The position numbers were made by a program, and so were the translations under genes. A stretch of 64,000 nt of DNA from positions 37,537 through 101,536 of the forward strand of contig CAWAET010000020.1 of the NCBI GenBank assembly GCA_963781065.1. The letters are read 5' to 3'. The DNA is from Thermoanaerobaculia bacterium (GTDB lineage: Bacteria > Acidobacteriota > Thermoanaerobaculia > Multivoradales > JAHEKO01). Below the pieces are notes generated by a model that had not been told where the DNA came from, ran no database searches, and saw nothing but the letters and a program-made list of their open reading frames with translations. Below are positions 1 through 12,024 of the stretch, piece by piece. Positions within the stretch are counted from its first letter, which is position 1. Every line of letters starts with the position of its first letter.

Positions 1-498
1 GACGAGGTGGTGCGGGTGCCCTTGATCCTGGTGCCGCCGCCGGCGAGCCCCCGCGCCGAGCTCGCCCCGGCCCGGCTGCGCGGCCAGGTGGCCTTGGTCG
101 ACGTGCGGCCCACCCTGCTGTCGCTCGCCGGCCTGCCGGCGCCGCGGGACTGCCTGGGCGTCGATCTGCTGCCCTGCCTCCCCGGTGGTGAGGGCGCTTG
201 CGCCGAGAGGCCGGCGACGCTGTTCAAGGTCGGCCTGCGCCACGCCGGCTACAAACTGCTGCGCGTTCCGGACGGCTCGCTGCTGTACGACCTCGAGCGG
301 GACCCGGCCGAGACCGTCGACCTGGCCGGCCGCCCCGAGACCTGGGAGGTGCAGCGCAAGATGCAGCGGCTGCTGACGCGGCGGATCGCCGAGCAGCAGG
401 CGCTGCGGCAGCGCGTCGTCGCCGGCGACGAGATCGCCGCGCCGGCGCCGGATGCCGAGGCGGAGGAGCGCCTGCGGGCGCTGGGCTACCTGGACTGA
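1..498 (+). CDS. sulfatase-family protein, C-terminal fragment (5' end lies outside the window)
   Basis: The frame of ORF 7..498 is open from base 1. The C-terminal region is sulfatase-like (VRPTLLSLAGLP ... LYDLERDPAETVDLAG). The TGA at 496-498 overlaps the polB ATG by 1 nt. Confidence 0.55.
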   Translation, partial: DEVVRVPLILVPPPASPRAELAPARLRGQVALVDVRPTLLSLAGLPAPRDCLGVDLLPCLPGGEGACAERPATLFKVGLRHAGYKLLRVPDGSLLYDLERDPAETVDLAGRPETWEVQRKMQRLLTRRIAEQQALRQRVVAGDEIAAPAPDAEAEERLRALGYLD

Positions 499-2852
499 TG
501 GCGGGCCCGGTGGGTGGGGAGTGGGCTCGCGGCTTCATCCTGCAGCCCACCTACCGCATCGAGTCCGGCCGGCCGGTGGTCCACCTGTGGGGCCGTCTCG
601 AGGGCGGCGAGACCTTTCTCGTCCGCGATCGGCGGCTGACGCCCCACTTCTTCGTCCGTGCCGCCGACCGCGAGCCGGCAGCGCGGCTCGGCGCGGCGCT
701 GCTGGCCGGCGGCGGGCGCCGGACGCTCGCCGGCGAGCCGGTGCTGCGGGTCGAGGTGCCGACGCCGCCGGAGACGCCGCCGCTGCGCAACCGGCTCGAA
801 GTCGCCGGCGTGGTGACCTTTCAGGCCGACGTGCGCTTCGCCATGCTCTTCCTGATCGAGCGCGGCATCCGCGGCTCGCTCCGGGTGCGCGGCGAGTGGC
901 GCCGCGGCCGCCGGGTCGACCGGGTCTACGAGGACCCCGAGATCGAGCCCGCCGACTGGCTGCCCGAGCTGTCGGTGCTGTCGTTCGACATCGAGACCGA
1001 CATGAACGCTCGGACCGTCCACTCGGTGGCGCTTTTCGGCTGCGGTGCCGCCGAGGTGCTGTTGGCGGTCGAGCCGCGAGACGGTCTTCCCCAGACGGCC
1101 GTTGCCGCCGGCTCGGAGGCGGAGATGCTGCGGCTGTTCGCCCGCCGCGTGCGCGAGCTGGATCCCGACGTGCTGACCGGCTGGAACGCGGCCGACTTCG
1201 ACTTCCCGGTGCTGCTGCGGGCTGCCGAGCGGCTGGGCGTCTCGTTGGACCTGGGCCGCGGCCCCGGCGCCACCCAGCGGCGCGCCGGCCGCGGCCGGTT
1301 CCGGGCGACCCAGGTGCTGGTGCCCGGCAGGCTGGTCCTGGACGGCCCGGGCCTGGTGCGAGGCGCCTTCTTGCGCATGGAGCGCTACAGCCTCGACTAC
1401 GTTTCCCGACAGGTGCTGGGTGAGGGCAAGACGATCGGCGGTAGCGAGCACGGCGGCGACGATCGGGGCGAGCAGATCCAGCGCCTCTTCGCCGAGGACC
1501 TGCCACGCTTCGTCGACTACAACCTGACCGACGCCCGGCTCGTGGTCGAGATCCTGGGCAAGCTGCAGCTGGTGGAGCTGGCGGTGGCGCGCAGCCGGCT
1601 CACCGGGCTGCCGCCGGACCGGGTCGCCTCGTCGGTGGCGGCCTTCGACTTTCTCTACCTCACCGAGCTCAACCGGCTGGGGCTGGTGGCGCCGACCGTG
1701 CGCCCCGTCGCCGAGGACGTCCCGGCGATGGGCGGCGGGCACGTCTTCGAGCCCGAGCCCGGCCTCTACCGCAACGTCGTGGTGCTGGACGTCAAGAGCC
1801 TGTACCCCAGCCTGATTCGCTCGTTCCATATCGACCCGCTGGGCTACGTGCCCGCGCCCGAGCCGGGCGACGACGTGGTGGTGGCGCCCAACGGCGCCGC
1901 CTTTCGCCGCCAGGAGGGCATCCTGCCGCGGCTCCTGGGCGAGCTCTTCCCGCGCCGTGAAGCGGCCAAAGCAGCCGGCGACACGGTGGCGAGCTACGCC
2001 ATCAAGATCCTCATGAACTCGTTCTTCGGCGTGCTCGGCACGCCGGTCTGCCGGTTCTTCAACCCCGAGATCGCCAACGCCATCACCTCCTTCGGCCGCG
2101 AGCTGCTGCTGTGGTCGCGGGCGCGGATCGAGGAGGGCGGCCGGCGGGTGCTCTACGGCGACACCGACAGCCTGTTCATCGAGACCGGCGTCGTGGATCC
2201 GGCGGCAGCCGTTGCCCTGGGCGACGACCTGGTCGAGCAGCTCAACCAGGAGCTGGCGGCCCACCTGCAGGAGCGCTGGCAGGTCGCCAGCCAGCTCGAG
2301 GTCGAGCGAGAACGGCTCTACCTGAGACTGTTCCTGCCGCCGGTCCGCCACGGCGCCGGGGGTGCGCGAAAGCGCTACGCCGGGCTGGTGGAGGAGGACG
2401 GCGAGCGCCGGGTGGTGTTCACCGGTCTCGAGGCGGTGCGCCGCGACTGGACCCGGCTGGCGCGGCGGGCGCAGCGCGAGCTCTACGAGCGGCTGTTCCT
2501 CGATCGGCCGGTGGAGCGGTATCTGAAGGAGCTGGTGGAACGGCTGCGCGGTGGCGAGTTCGACGACGAGCTGGTCTACCGCAAGGCGATGCGCAAGCCG
2601 CCCGAGGCCTACACCGCCACCAGCCCGCCGCACGTCGTGGCGGCGCGCAAGATGAGCCGCCGGCCCGGCTGGCTGGTCTCCTACGTCATCACCACCGCCG
2701 GGCCCGAGCCGGCGGCCGAGCAGGCCCACCCGCTCGACCACGAGCACTATGTGGACCGCCAGATCCGGCCGGTGGCCGAGCCCGTCCTCGACCTGCTGGG
2801 GCTCAAGTTCGAGAAGGTGATCGGCGACGACCGGCAGCTGGAGCTTTTTTAG
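498..2852 (+). CDS. polB: family B DNA polymerase (DNA polymerase II type)
   Basis: The ATG at 498 is in frame within ORF 198..2852. Motifs seen: Exo I LSFDIETD, Pol motif A VLDVKSLYPSLI, motif B KILMNSFFGVLG, motif C YGDTDS. The product is about 784 aa, close to the size of E. coli Pol II. Confidence 0.9.
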   Translation: MAGPVGGEWARGFILQPTYRIESGRPVVHLWGRLEGGETFLVRDRRLTPHFFVRAADREPAARLGAALLAGGGRRTLAGEPVLRVEVPTPPETPPLRNRLEVAGVVTFQADVRFAMLFLIERGIRGSLRVRGEWRRGRRVDRVYEDPEIEPADWLPELSVLSFDIETDMNARTVHSVALFGCGAAEVLLAVEPRDGLPQTAVAAGSEAEMLRLFARRVRELDPDVLTGWNAADFDFPVLLRAAERLGVSLDLGRGPGATQRRAGRGRFRATQVLVPGRLVLDGPGLVRGAFLRMERYSLDYVSRQVLGEGKTIGGSEHGGDDRGEQIQRLFAEDLPRFVDYNLTDARLVVEILGKLQLVELAVARSRLTGLPPDRVASSVAAFDFLYLTELNRLGLVAPTVRPVAEDVPAMGGGHVFEPEPGLYRNVVVLDVKSLYPSLIRSFHIDPLGYVPAPEPGDDVVVAPNGAAFRRQEGILPRLLGELFPRREAAKAAGDTVASYAIKILMNSFFGVLGTPVCRFFNPEIANAITSFGRELLLWSRARIEEGGRRVLYGDTDSLFIETGVVDPAAAVALGDDLVEQLNQELAAHLQERWQVASQLEVERERLYLRLFLPPVRHGAGGARKRYAGLVEEDGERRVVFTGLEAVRRDWTRLARRAQRELYERLFLDRPVERYLKELVERLRGGEFDDELVYRKAMRKPPEAYTATSPPHVVAARKMSRRPGWLVSYVITTAGPEPAAEQAHPLDHEHYVDRQIRPVAEPVLDLLGLKFEKVIGDDRQLELF

Positions 2853-3014
2853 GACCGTTGGTCGCAGGAAGGGGCACGTATCCCTGTGCGCTGCATCCAC
2901 GCTGGCGGCGTTGCACTCCCTGCGGCATAGCTACGGCTATGCCTCAGTCGTGCGCCTTGCCAGCGCGGCGCCGCGCTTCGGGCTACGCACCCCTTCCCGC
3001 GACCAACGGTCCTA
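2850..3014. repeat. 165-bp long imperfect palindrome between convergent polB and the methyltransferase gene
   Basis: The 31-nt terminal arms at 2850-2880 and 2984-3014 are reverse complements (28/31 match). There is a central hairpin catagc-tacg-gctatg at 2926-2941. The arm tips are the two stop codons: TAG at 2850-2852 and CTA at 3012-3014. Confidence 0.7.
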
Positions 3015-3935
3015 CGCTGGCATCGGAAGGCAGCTTAGTAGGGTCCGCGCGGCGTCCACCGACAGGCTGTTGCCGACCAGGCGCCAGGCGGTGGCGAGCG
3101 GCAGGTCTGGGGGCAGCCGATAGCTGTCGGGGAAGCCCAGCAGGCGGAGGATCTCGGTGGGGGAGAAGCGGCGGGGCCCGCGCGGGGTCGCCAGGTAGGA
3201 GCCGCTGCGCACCGGCGAGCGGCCGTAGGCGGCGGTGAAGCAGGCGGTGACGGCGGCGGGGTCGTCGGGATCGACGAGGTCGATGGCGTGCCGGTAGCGA
3301 CCGAGCAGCGCGGCCGGCGGCCACAGCTCGGGGGCGGGGTCGGGATCGAGGAAGGCGGCGAGTGGCCGCGGCTTCGGCAGGGTGGCCTCGACGGCGCGCA
3401 CGGGCTGCCAGGGCGGCCGCGCGGCGACCAGATAGAAGCGGCGGCGCCGGTTGGGCACGCCGAGCTCGCTGGGGCAGAGCTCGCGCTCGCACACGCTGTA
3501 TCCCAGCCGGTCGAGCGCCTCGCGCAGCCTTCCGTGGGTGCGCGAGCCGTCGAAGCCGGGCACGTTCTCGAGCGCCAGGGCCGGCGGCGGCGCCCGGTCG
3601 AGCAGGCCGATCAGGTGCAGCAGGGCGGCGGAGCGCGGGTCGTCGTCGTCGCGCCCGAGGCCGCGGCGGGTGAAGGGCTGGCAGGGCGGCGACAGCCACC
3701 ACAGATCGGCGCCCCAGCGCTCGAGGTCGGCGACGCCGAGCGAGTCGAGGGTGCGGGCGACCGTCGGGTGCGGGAAGTTGTGCCGGTAGACCGCCAGCGC
3801 CTGCCGGTTGATGTCGACCGCGGCGACGACGCTCGCCGCCCTCGTAGGCCGGGTAGCGCGATGCGCGGCCCGGCCGGCCAGGGCCGCGGCGCAGCCGCCG
3901 ATGCCGCAGAACAGCTCCAGCACCCGGATCGCCAT
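3012..3935 (-). CDS. C5 cytosine methyltransferase, Dnmt2-like (probable tRNA cytosine-5 methyltransferase)
   Basis: Starts at the internal ATG 3935 (MAIRVLELFCGIGGCAAAL, motif I). Motif IV is WWLSPPCQPFTRRG, motif VI is ENVPGF. The Dnmt2-type CFT motif (ACFTAAYGR) and C-terminal LVGNSLSV are present. Confidence 0.8.
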   Translation of the reverse strand: MAIRVLELFCGIGGCAAALAGRAAHRATRPTRAASVVAAVDINRQALAVYRHNFPHPTVARTLDSLGVADLERWGADLWWLSPPCQPFTRRGLGRDDDDPRSAALLHLIGLLDRAPPPALALENVPGFDGSRTHGRLREALDRLGYSVCERELCPSELGVPNRRRRFYLVAARPPWQPVRAVEATLPKPRPLAAFLDPDPAPELWPPAALLGRYRHAIDLVDPDDPAAVTACFTAAYGRSPVRSGSYLATPRGPRRFSPTEILRLLGFPDSYRLPPDLPLATAWRLVGNSLSVDAARTLLSCLPMPA

Positions 3936-3990
3936 GGCGACCAGCAGTCTAGCCGTCGCTGGGCGCGAGGCGCCCCGGCCCGGCTCCGCG

Positions 3991-7191
<3,201 letters not shown>

Positions 7192-7195
<4 letters not shown>

Positions 7196-8385
7196 AGCCG
7201 CTCCTCACGCTGCCGCTCGGTCTCGAGCGGCGGGTCCTCCCGCACCGTGCGCACGCTCATGCCGTCGACCACCGTGTCCAGGGTGGAGACGCAGACCAGC
7301 TCGCCCGGCTCGAGGCCGCTGCCGACCACCACCTGGTCGCCGGCGGTGCGCACCACCTCGACCGGGCGGTAGCGCAGCCGGCCGTCCGCGACGACCAGCA
7401 CCCGGTCGCCGGTGCGCAGCGCCGAGCGTGGCAGCACCGCCACGTTCTCCACCAGGCGGCCGCGGATCTGCGCCTCGACGAACAGCCCCATCGGCAGGAC
7501 CTCGCCGCCGCCGCCCGAGCGGCCGAAGGGGTCGGCCACCTCGACATAGAGCCCCAGCATCCGGGTGCGGGGGTCGAAGCCGCCGTCGGCGCGAACGACC
7601 CGGCCGCGCCAGCCCTCGCCCTTGCCGCCCGGCTCGGCGCGCAGCAGCACCTCCGGCCCGCTGTCGCCCAGGTCGCCGCGCGCCAGGTCGAGGTCGAGAA
7701 AGGCGAGCTCCTCGCGCTGCACCGGCAGGCGGACCTCGGCCGCGTCGGTGGAGTAGACCTGGGCCAGCGGGGTGCCGCGACTGACCGACTGGCCGACGTC
7801 CGCGAGCCGCGCCCGCAGCCGCCCGTCGTAGGGAGCCTTGACCCGGGTGCGCGACAGATCGAGCCGCGCCTGCTCGAGGGCGGCTTCGGCGGCGGCCAGC
7901 GCCGCCCGTGCCTGGGCCAGCTGCGGCTCGCGCCGGGTGAGCGGGCTGGCGTCGCCCTCGCCCAGCTCGGCCCACTCGCGGCGGGCCAGCTCCGCCTCGG
8001 CCTGCTCGCGGTCGAGGCCGACTTGCGCCTGGGCCACCGCGGCGGCGGCCCGCGCCTCGGCCAGACGGTAGTCGGTGTCTTCGATCCACAGCAGGGTCTC
8101 GCCGCGACGCATGAAGGCGCCCTCGGCGAACTGGCGCGACACGCGCTCGATCCGGCCGCCGACCTGGGCCGCCAGCGTCGCCTCGCTACGCGGCTCGACG
8201 GTGCCCTGGGCGCTGACGTCGAGGGTCAGCTGGCGCAGCTCGACCTCGACCACCCGGACCAGCGGCGCCGGCACCTCGGCCGGCTGGCGCTCCACCTCGG
8301 GGCGGGTCTTGATGATGATGGCGGCGACGGCGACGCCGGCCGCCAGGACCAGGATGGGCAGAAACAGCTTGGCTCGTCTCTTCAT
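7192..8385 (-). CDS. efflux RND periplasmic adaptor (membrane fusion protein, HlyD family)
   Basis: 397-aa ORF with an N-terminal membrane anchor (KLFLPILVLAAGVAVAAIII) and a coiled-coil Ala-rich hairpin. Its ATG overlaps the outer-membrane-factor stop (ATGA). It sits between the outer-membrane factor and the RND pump. Confidence 0.85.
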
Positions 8386-9863
8386 GGCATGGACTCGGCG
8401 GAGAGGTTGGCGACGGGTGACTCCGGGGCGGCAGAACGGTCGAAGCCGCCGCCCAGCGCCAGGTGGAGGTCGACGCGCGTGTCGAGCAGCGCGCGGCGGA
8501 CGGAGAGCTGCTGGCTGGCCGCTTCGAGCGCCTGGACCTGGGCGGCAAGCACGGCCAGGTAGTCGCCGACGCCGCGGCGGTAGCGATCCTGGGCGAGGCG
8601 CTCGGCGGCGGCGGCCTCGGCGGCGGCGGTCTCCAGCGCGTCGGCCTGGCGGCGCAGCAGCCGTTCGCCGGTCAGTGCGGTCTCGACCTCGGAGAAGGCC
8701 CGCAGAACGGTCTGGGCGTAGAGCTCCGAGGCCTCACGGTGGCGCGCTTCGTTGAGCTCGACCCCGGCCCGCAGGCGGCCGCCCTGGAAGATCGGCTGCA
8801 GCAGGCCGGCGGCGAGGCTCCAGACCGAGAAGTCGCTGTCGAGCAGGCTGCCGAGCTCGTCGCTCAGGCCGCCGGAGCTGCCGGTCAGCCGCAGCGACGG
8901 GTAGATCGCCGCGCGCGCCTGGCCGACCCGGAAGCCGGCGGCGGCCAGCCGGCGGTCGGCGGCCGCGAGGTCCGGCCGGCGGCCGACCAGCTCGGCGGGA
9001 AGGCCGGCCGGGATCGGCGGCGGCAGCGGCGGCAGCGCCGCCGGCGCCGTCGTCGCGGCGGCCGGGTAGCGCGACAGCAGCAGCTCGAGGCGGCGGGCGG
9101 CGGCCAGCCGGCGGCCCTCGCGCAGGGCCAGCTGGGCCTCGGCCGCGGCCTCGGACGACCGCGCCAGCCGCAGGTCGAGCGGCCCGCGCAGGCCGGCCCG
9201 GTAGCGGCGCTCGATCTGCTCGCGAGTGCGCTTGCGGCTTGCCAGGGTGGTCTTTGCCAGGTCGTTCTGGAGCCCGGCCTCGACCAGTCCGAACCAGGCC
9301 TTGGCGGTCTGGCCGGCGAGCGACAGGCGCGCCGCCGCCAGCTCCGCCTCGGCGGCGGCGAGCCCGGCCGCGGCCGCCGCCTCGCCGGCGCGCAACCGTC
9401 CCCACAGATCGGCCTCCCAGGAGACGCTGAGCCCGGCCGTGTAGCTGGTGGTCGTGGTGCTGAGGACCGAGCCGGCGGCGCCCGGGATCGGCAGGCCGAT
9501 GAAGTTGCGCTTGGAACGGCTGGCGTCGAGGGCGGCGGCGACCTGGGGCGCCAGGTCGGCGCCGGCGATGCGCGCCTGCGCCGCGGCCGCCTCGACCCGG
9601 GCGGCGGCGGCCGCCAGGTCCCGGTTGGCCTCGAGGGCGACGCCGACGAGGCGGACCAGCTCGGGGTCCTGGAAGCTGCGCCACCAGTCCGGCGCGGCCG
9701 GGCCGGTGGCGGGCGCGCTCTCGGCGGTCCAGCTCTCGGCGGTCCAGCTTTCGGGGGCTGGCGGCAGCTCGGGCGCCGGCGGCGGCGCCACCGCGCAGCC
9801 GGCCAGCAGGAGGCCGGCCGCCAGCCCGGCCGCCAGCGCGGCCCGTCCCCCGGCGGCCCTCAA
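8382..9863 (-). CDS. efflux outer-membrane factor lipoprotein (NodT/TolC family)
   Basis: Lipobox LLLAGC near the N-terminus. Two Ala/Leu-rich TolC-like repeats. The proposed TTG start at 9863 overlaps the TetR stop (TTGA). The ORF stays open to 9971, so the start is uncertain. Confidence 0.75.
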   Translation of the reverse strand: MRAAGGRAALAAGLAAGLLLAGCAVAPPPAPELPPAPESWTAESWTAESAPATGPAAPDWWRSFQDPELVRLVGVALEANRDLAAAAARVEAAAAQARIAGADLAPQVAAALDASRSKRNFIGLPIPGAAGSVLSTTTTSYTAGLSVSWEADLWGRLRAGEAAAAAGLAAAEAELAAARLSLAGQTAKAWFGLVEAGLQNDLAKTTLASRKRTREQIERRYRAGLRGPLDLRLARSSEAAAEAQLALREGRRLAAARRLELLLSRYPAAATTAPAALPPLPPPIPAGLPAELVGRRPDLAAADRRLAAAGFRVGQARAAIYPSLRLTGSSGGLSDELGSLLDSDFSVWSLAAGLLQPIFQGGRLRAGVELNEARHREASELYAQTVLRAFSEVETALTGERLLRRQADALETAAAEAAAAERLAQDRYRRGVGDYLAVLAAQVQALEAASQQLSVRRALLDTRVDLHLALGGGFDRSAAPESPVANLSAESMP

Positions 9864-10528
9864 CCGGCCCCTCCGATGGCCGCCGGCGCGGAGCTCATGC
9901 CGCCGGCGACGAAGGCGACCAGGCGGGCGACCACCGACTCCGGGTCGCGCGGGGCCGGCGCCCCGGCCCACCGCTGGACCAGGAAACCGAGGCCCGCCGT
10001 AAACGACAGACTGCCGATCATGAAGTGGAATCTCCAGAGGATCTCCTCGCGGGCGAGATCGGGCAGCGCCCCTTCGAGGGCGGCGGTGAACCGCTCGATC
10101 ACCTCCTGGAAGTGCTCGAGCACCAGCTCGCGGCTGCCGGGGCCGGGCTCGAGGACGGCCCGGGCGAGCAGCTGGGCGAAGGCGCGGCCGCCGGGCTCGC
10201 GGCCGATCATGCGCAGCGCCGGCCCGACGAACGCCTCGACGATCTCCTCGACCGCGCCCTCGTGCCCGGTTCCGGCGAGGGCCTCGAGCCGCGCCACGCG
10301 CTCGCGGTTCAACGGCTCGAGCCGGCGCCCGAAGACCGCCCGCACCAGCCCCTCCTTGGAGCCGAAGTGGTAATGCACCGCCGCCAGGTTGGCGCCGGCG
10401 GCGTGGGTGATCGCCCGCATCGAGGCGCCGGCGATGCCGCGCTCGGCGAACAGCCGCTCGGCGGCGTCGAGCAGGGCGGTCCTGGTGTCGGCGACCCGGG
10501 TGCCGGCGGTCGGGGAGATGGCAGGCAT
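9860..10528 (-). CDS. TetR/AcrR-family transcriptional regulator
   Basis: The HTH region is TRTALLDAAERLFAERGIAGASMRAITHAAGANLAAVHYHFGSKEGL. It is the first gene of the efflux operon. I prefer the ATG at 10528 over the TTG at 10555 because a perfect palindrome sits over 10552-10567. Confidence 0.85.
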   Translation of the reverse strand: MPAISPTAGTRVADTRTALLDAAERLFAERGIAGASMRAITHAAGANLAAVHYHFGSKEGLVRAVFGRRLEPLNRERVARLEALAGTGHEGAVEEIVEAFVGPALRMIGREPGGRAFAQLLARAVLEPGPGSRELVLEHFQEVIERFTAALEGALPDLAREEILWRFHFMIGSLSFTAGLGFLVQRWAGAPAPRDPESVVARLVAFVAGGMSSAPAAIGGAG

Positions 10529-10551
10529 GGAGGCGGTCGTCCGAGATTCAA

Positions 10552-10567
10552 TCAAACGACCGTTTGA
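10552..10567. promoter_or_regulatory. candidate TetR operator (perfect palindrome TCAAACG-AC-CGTTTGA)
   Basis: A 7-bp perfect inverted repeat with a 2-bp spacer, 24-39 nt upstream of the tetR ATG. It is AT-rich relative to its surroundings. Confidence 0.4.
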
Positions 10568-10612
10568 AACTACCGGAGAGGCCGACGCCGAGTCAAGCCC
10601 TGAAGCTGCCCC

Positions 10613-11278
10613 TCACTGCCAGGGCTCTGCCGGCACCGTGGCCAGCTTCATCCCGGGCTTGAAGATCGCGGTGTACAGGCGGGCGCGGATCGGCAGCCGG
10701 CCGGTCTCGAGCAGCGACTTGAGAGCGCTCAGGGCGAGCGGGTGAGCGCGGCGGAAGCGGCGGTAGGTAGCCGTACGGCCGACGAAGCCGTCGTGGACGA
10801 CGAGCACCCGCGTGCCGCCGGCGACCGGTTCGAGCTCGACGCGGATCCGGCTGGGCGGGTCGTCGAGATCCGCCGCGGCGAAGCTCTGGGTAAACCTCAG
10901 CGGTGGCTCGAGCTCCAGGATCTCGCCGCCGGCAAGCAGCCGCGCCCGATCGTCGGTGACGAATCGCCAGCGCCCTCCCGGCCGTAGCTCGGCCTGCAGC
11001 ACGGCATCGAAGTAGTGCGGCTGGGGGGTCTCGGTGCGGGTGAAGGCCTGCCAGACCGCCGCCGGCGGCGCGCCCACGTCGAAGGCGCAGCGCAGCTCCG
11101 GAGCCTCGACAGCGCCGCTGTCGGCGCAGCGCACCGTGGAGCCGCCGAACAGGAAAAACGTCCCGAGGATGCCGAGCGCGGCCAGCAGCGCCACCGCCAG
11201 GCCCAAGCGACGCGGCAAGCCCAAGCGCCGCGGCGGGCGCGCGCGGCGCGCGGCGGGCGATGAATGACCCGAGCCCAT
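10613..11278 (-). CDS. SRPBCC/AHSA1-like domain protein with an N-terminal membrane anchor
   Basis: Internal ATG at 11278 (MGSGHSSPAARRARPPRR...LAVALLAALGILGTFFLF). The C-terminal domain pattern is APPAAVWQAFT...RWRFV...GEILELEPPLRFTQSF...TRVLVVHDGF. Confidence 0.65.
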   Translation of the reverse strand: MGSGHSSPAARRARPPRRLGLPRRLGLAVALLAALGILGTFFLFGGSTVRCADSGAVEAPELRCAFDVGAPPAAVWQAFTRTETPQPHYFDAVLQAELRPGGRWRFVTDDRARLLAGGEILELEPPLRFTQSFAAADLDDPPSRIRVELEPVAGGTRVLVVHDGFVGRTATYRRFRRAHPLALSALKSLLETGRLPIRARLYTAIFKPGMKLATVPAEPWQ

Positions 11279-11307
11279 CGGCAGCCGCGGGGGTCGGGCG
11301 GTCCGCC

Positions 11308-12024
11308 TCAGCCGCCCATCAGCTGCCGCCAGTCGTTCAGCGAGCGGATTCTGAGGTAGGCGTTCTGGCGCAGCTCGTCGCCGATCGTGGAAGTCTCGCT
11401 GGGGCCGTAGTTGTGCCCCGGGTAGAGCACCGTCTCGGGTGGCAGCTTGGCGAGCACCTGGGTCAGGCTGGAGTACATCGCCTCGGGGTCGCCGCCCGGC
11501 AGGTCGACGCGGCCGCAGCCCTGGACGAAGAGGGTGTCGCCGGCCACCAGCCGGTCGCCGACCAGGAAGCACTGGCTGCCCGGGGTATGCCCCGGCGTGT
11601 GGAGAAAGCGGATCGCCACCTCGCCGAGGTCGAGCCGGTCGCCACCCTCCATCCGCTTCAGGTCGCTCTCGGCGACCCCGGTCACCTGCTTGAGCCCGTC
11701 GGCCTCGTGCTTGTTGACGTACAGCGGCACGGCGTGGCTCTCGAGCAGCCGGGCGACGCCCTCGATCGACAGGCCGAACAGGTCGCCGCCGACGTGGTCC
11801 GGGTGGTAGTGGGTGATCAGGGCGCCGGCGATCTGATAGCCGTCCTCGTCGGCGACCGCGAGCAGGCTGGCCACGTCCCAGGCCGGGTCCACCACCAGCG
11901 CCCGGCGGCTGGCCGGGTCGCCGACGAGGTACATGAAGTTGGCCATCTGGCCGGCCACCGGGTTCTGGGTGGCGACCTGGCGGCCGGCGAGGAGCTGGCG
12001 GAAGTAGGGCGTTTCACTCATCAC
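11308..12024 (-). CDS. MBL-fold metallo-hydrolase (glyoxalase II-like)
   Basis: Motifs THYHPDHVGG, HTPGHTPGS, GDTLF and YPGHNY. An ATG at 12021 is one codon inside the GTG at 12024. The gene overlaps the glpD 3' end. Confidence 0.85.
   Translation of the reverse strand: MMSETPYFRQLLAGRQVATQNPVAGQMANFMYLVGDPASRRALVVDPAWDVASLLAVADEDGYQIAGALITHYHPDHVGGDLFGLSIEGVARLLESHAVPLYVNKHEADGLKQVTGVAESDLKRMEGGDRLDLGEVAIRFLHTPGHTPGSQCFLVGDRLVAGDTLFVQGCGRVDLPGGDPEAMYSSLTQVLAKLPPETVLYPGHNYGPSETSTIGDELRQNAYLRIRSLNDWRQLMGG

Noticed and set aside
198-497. A 100-aa N-terminal extension of the polB ORF, plus similar upstream extensions of many other ORFs (for example 3936..4139, 11279..11572, 25685..26017, 26557..27651 and 60338..60898).
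   Set aside because: The extensions overlap the preceding gene, are low-complexity, and are followed by an in-frame ATG. At that ATG, family-typical N-terminal sequence begins.
486-2900. Very long antisense or alternative-frame ORFs overlapping real genes. Examples: 486..2900 (-), 28696..30447 (-), 41567..43828 (-), 51418..53568 (-), 53886..55022 (-), 60442..63489 (-) and 3808..5997 (+).
   Set aside because: Their translations are Arg/Ala/Gly/Pro-rich low-complexity sequence with no recognisable motifs. They mirror well-supported genes on the other strand. This is the expected stop-codon-poor shadow-frame effect of ~70% GC DNA.
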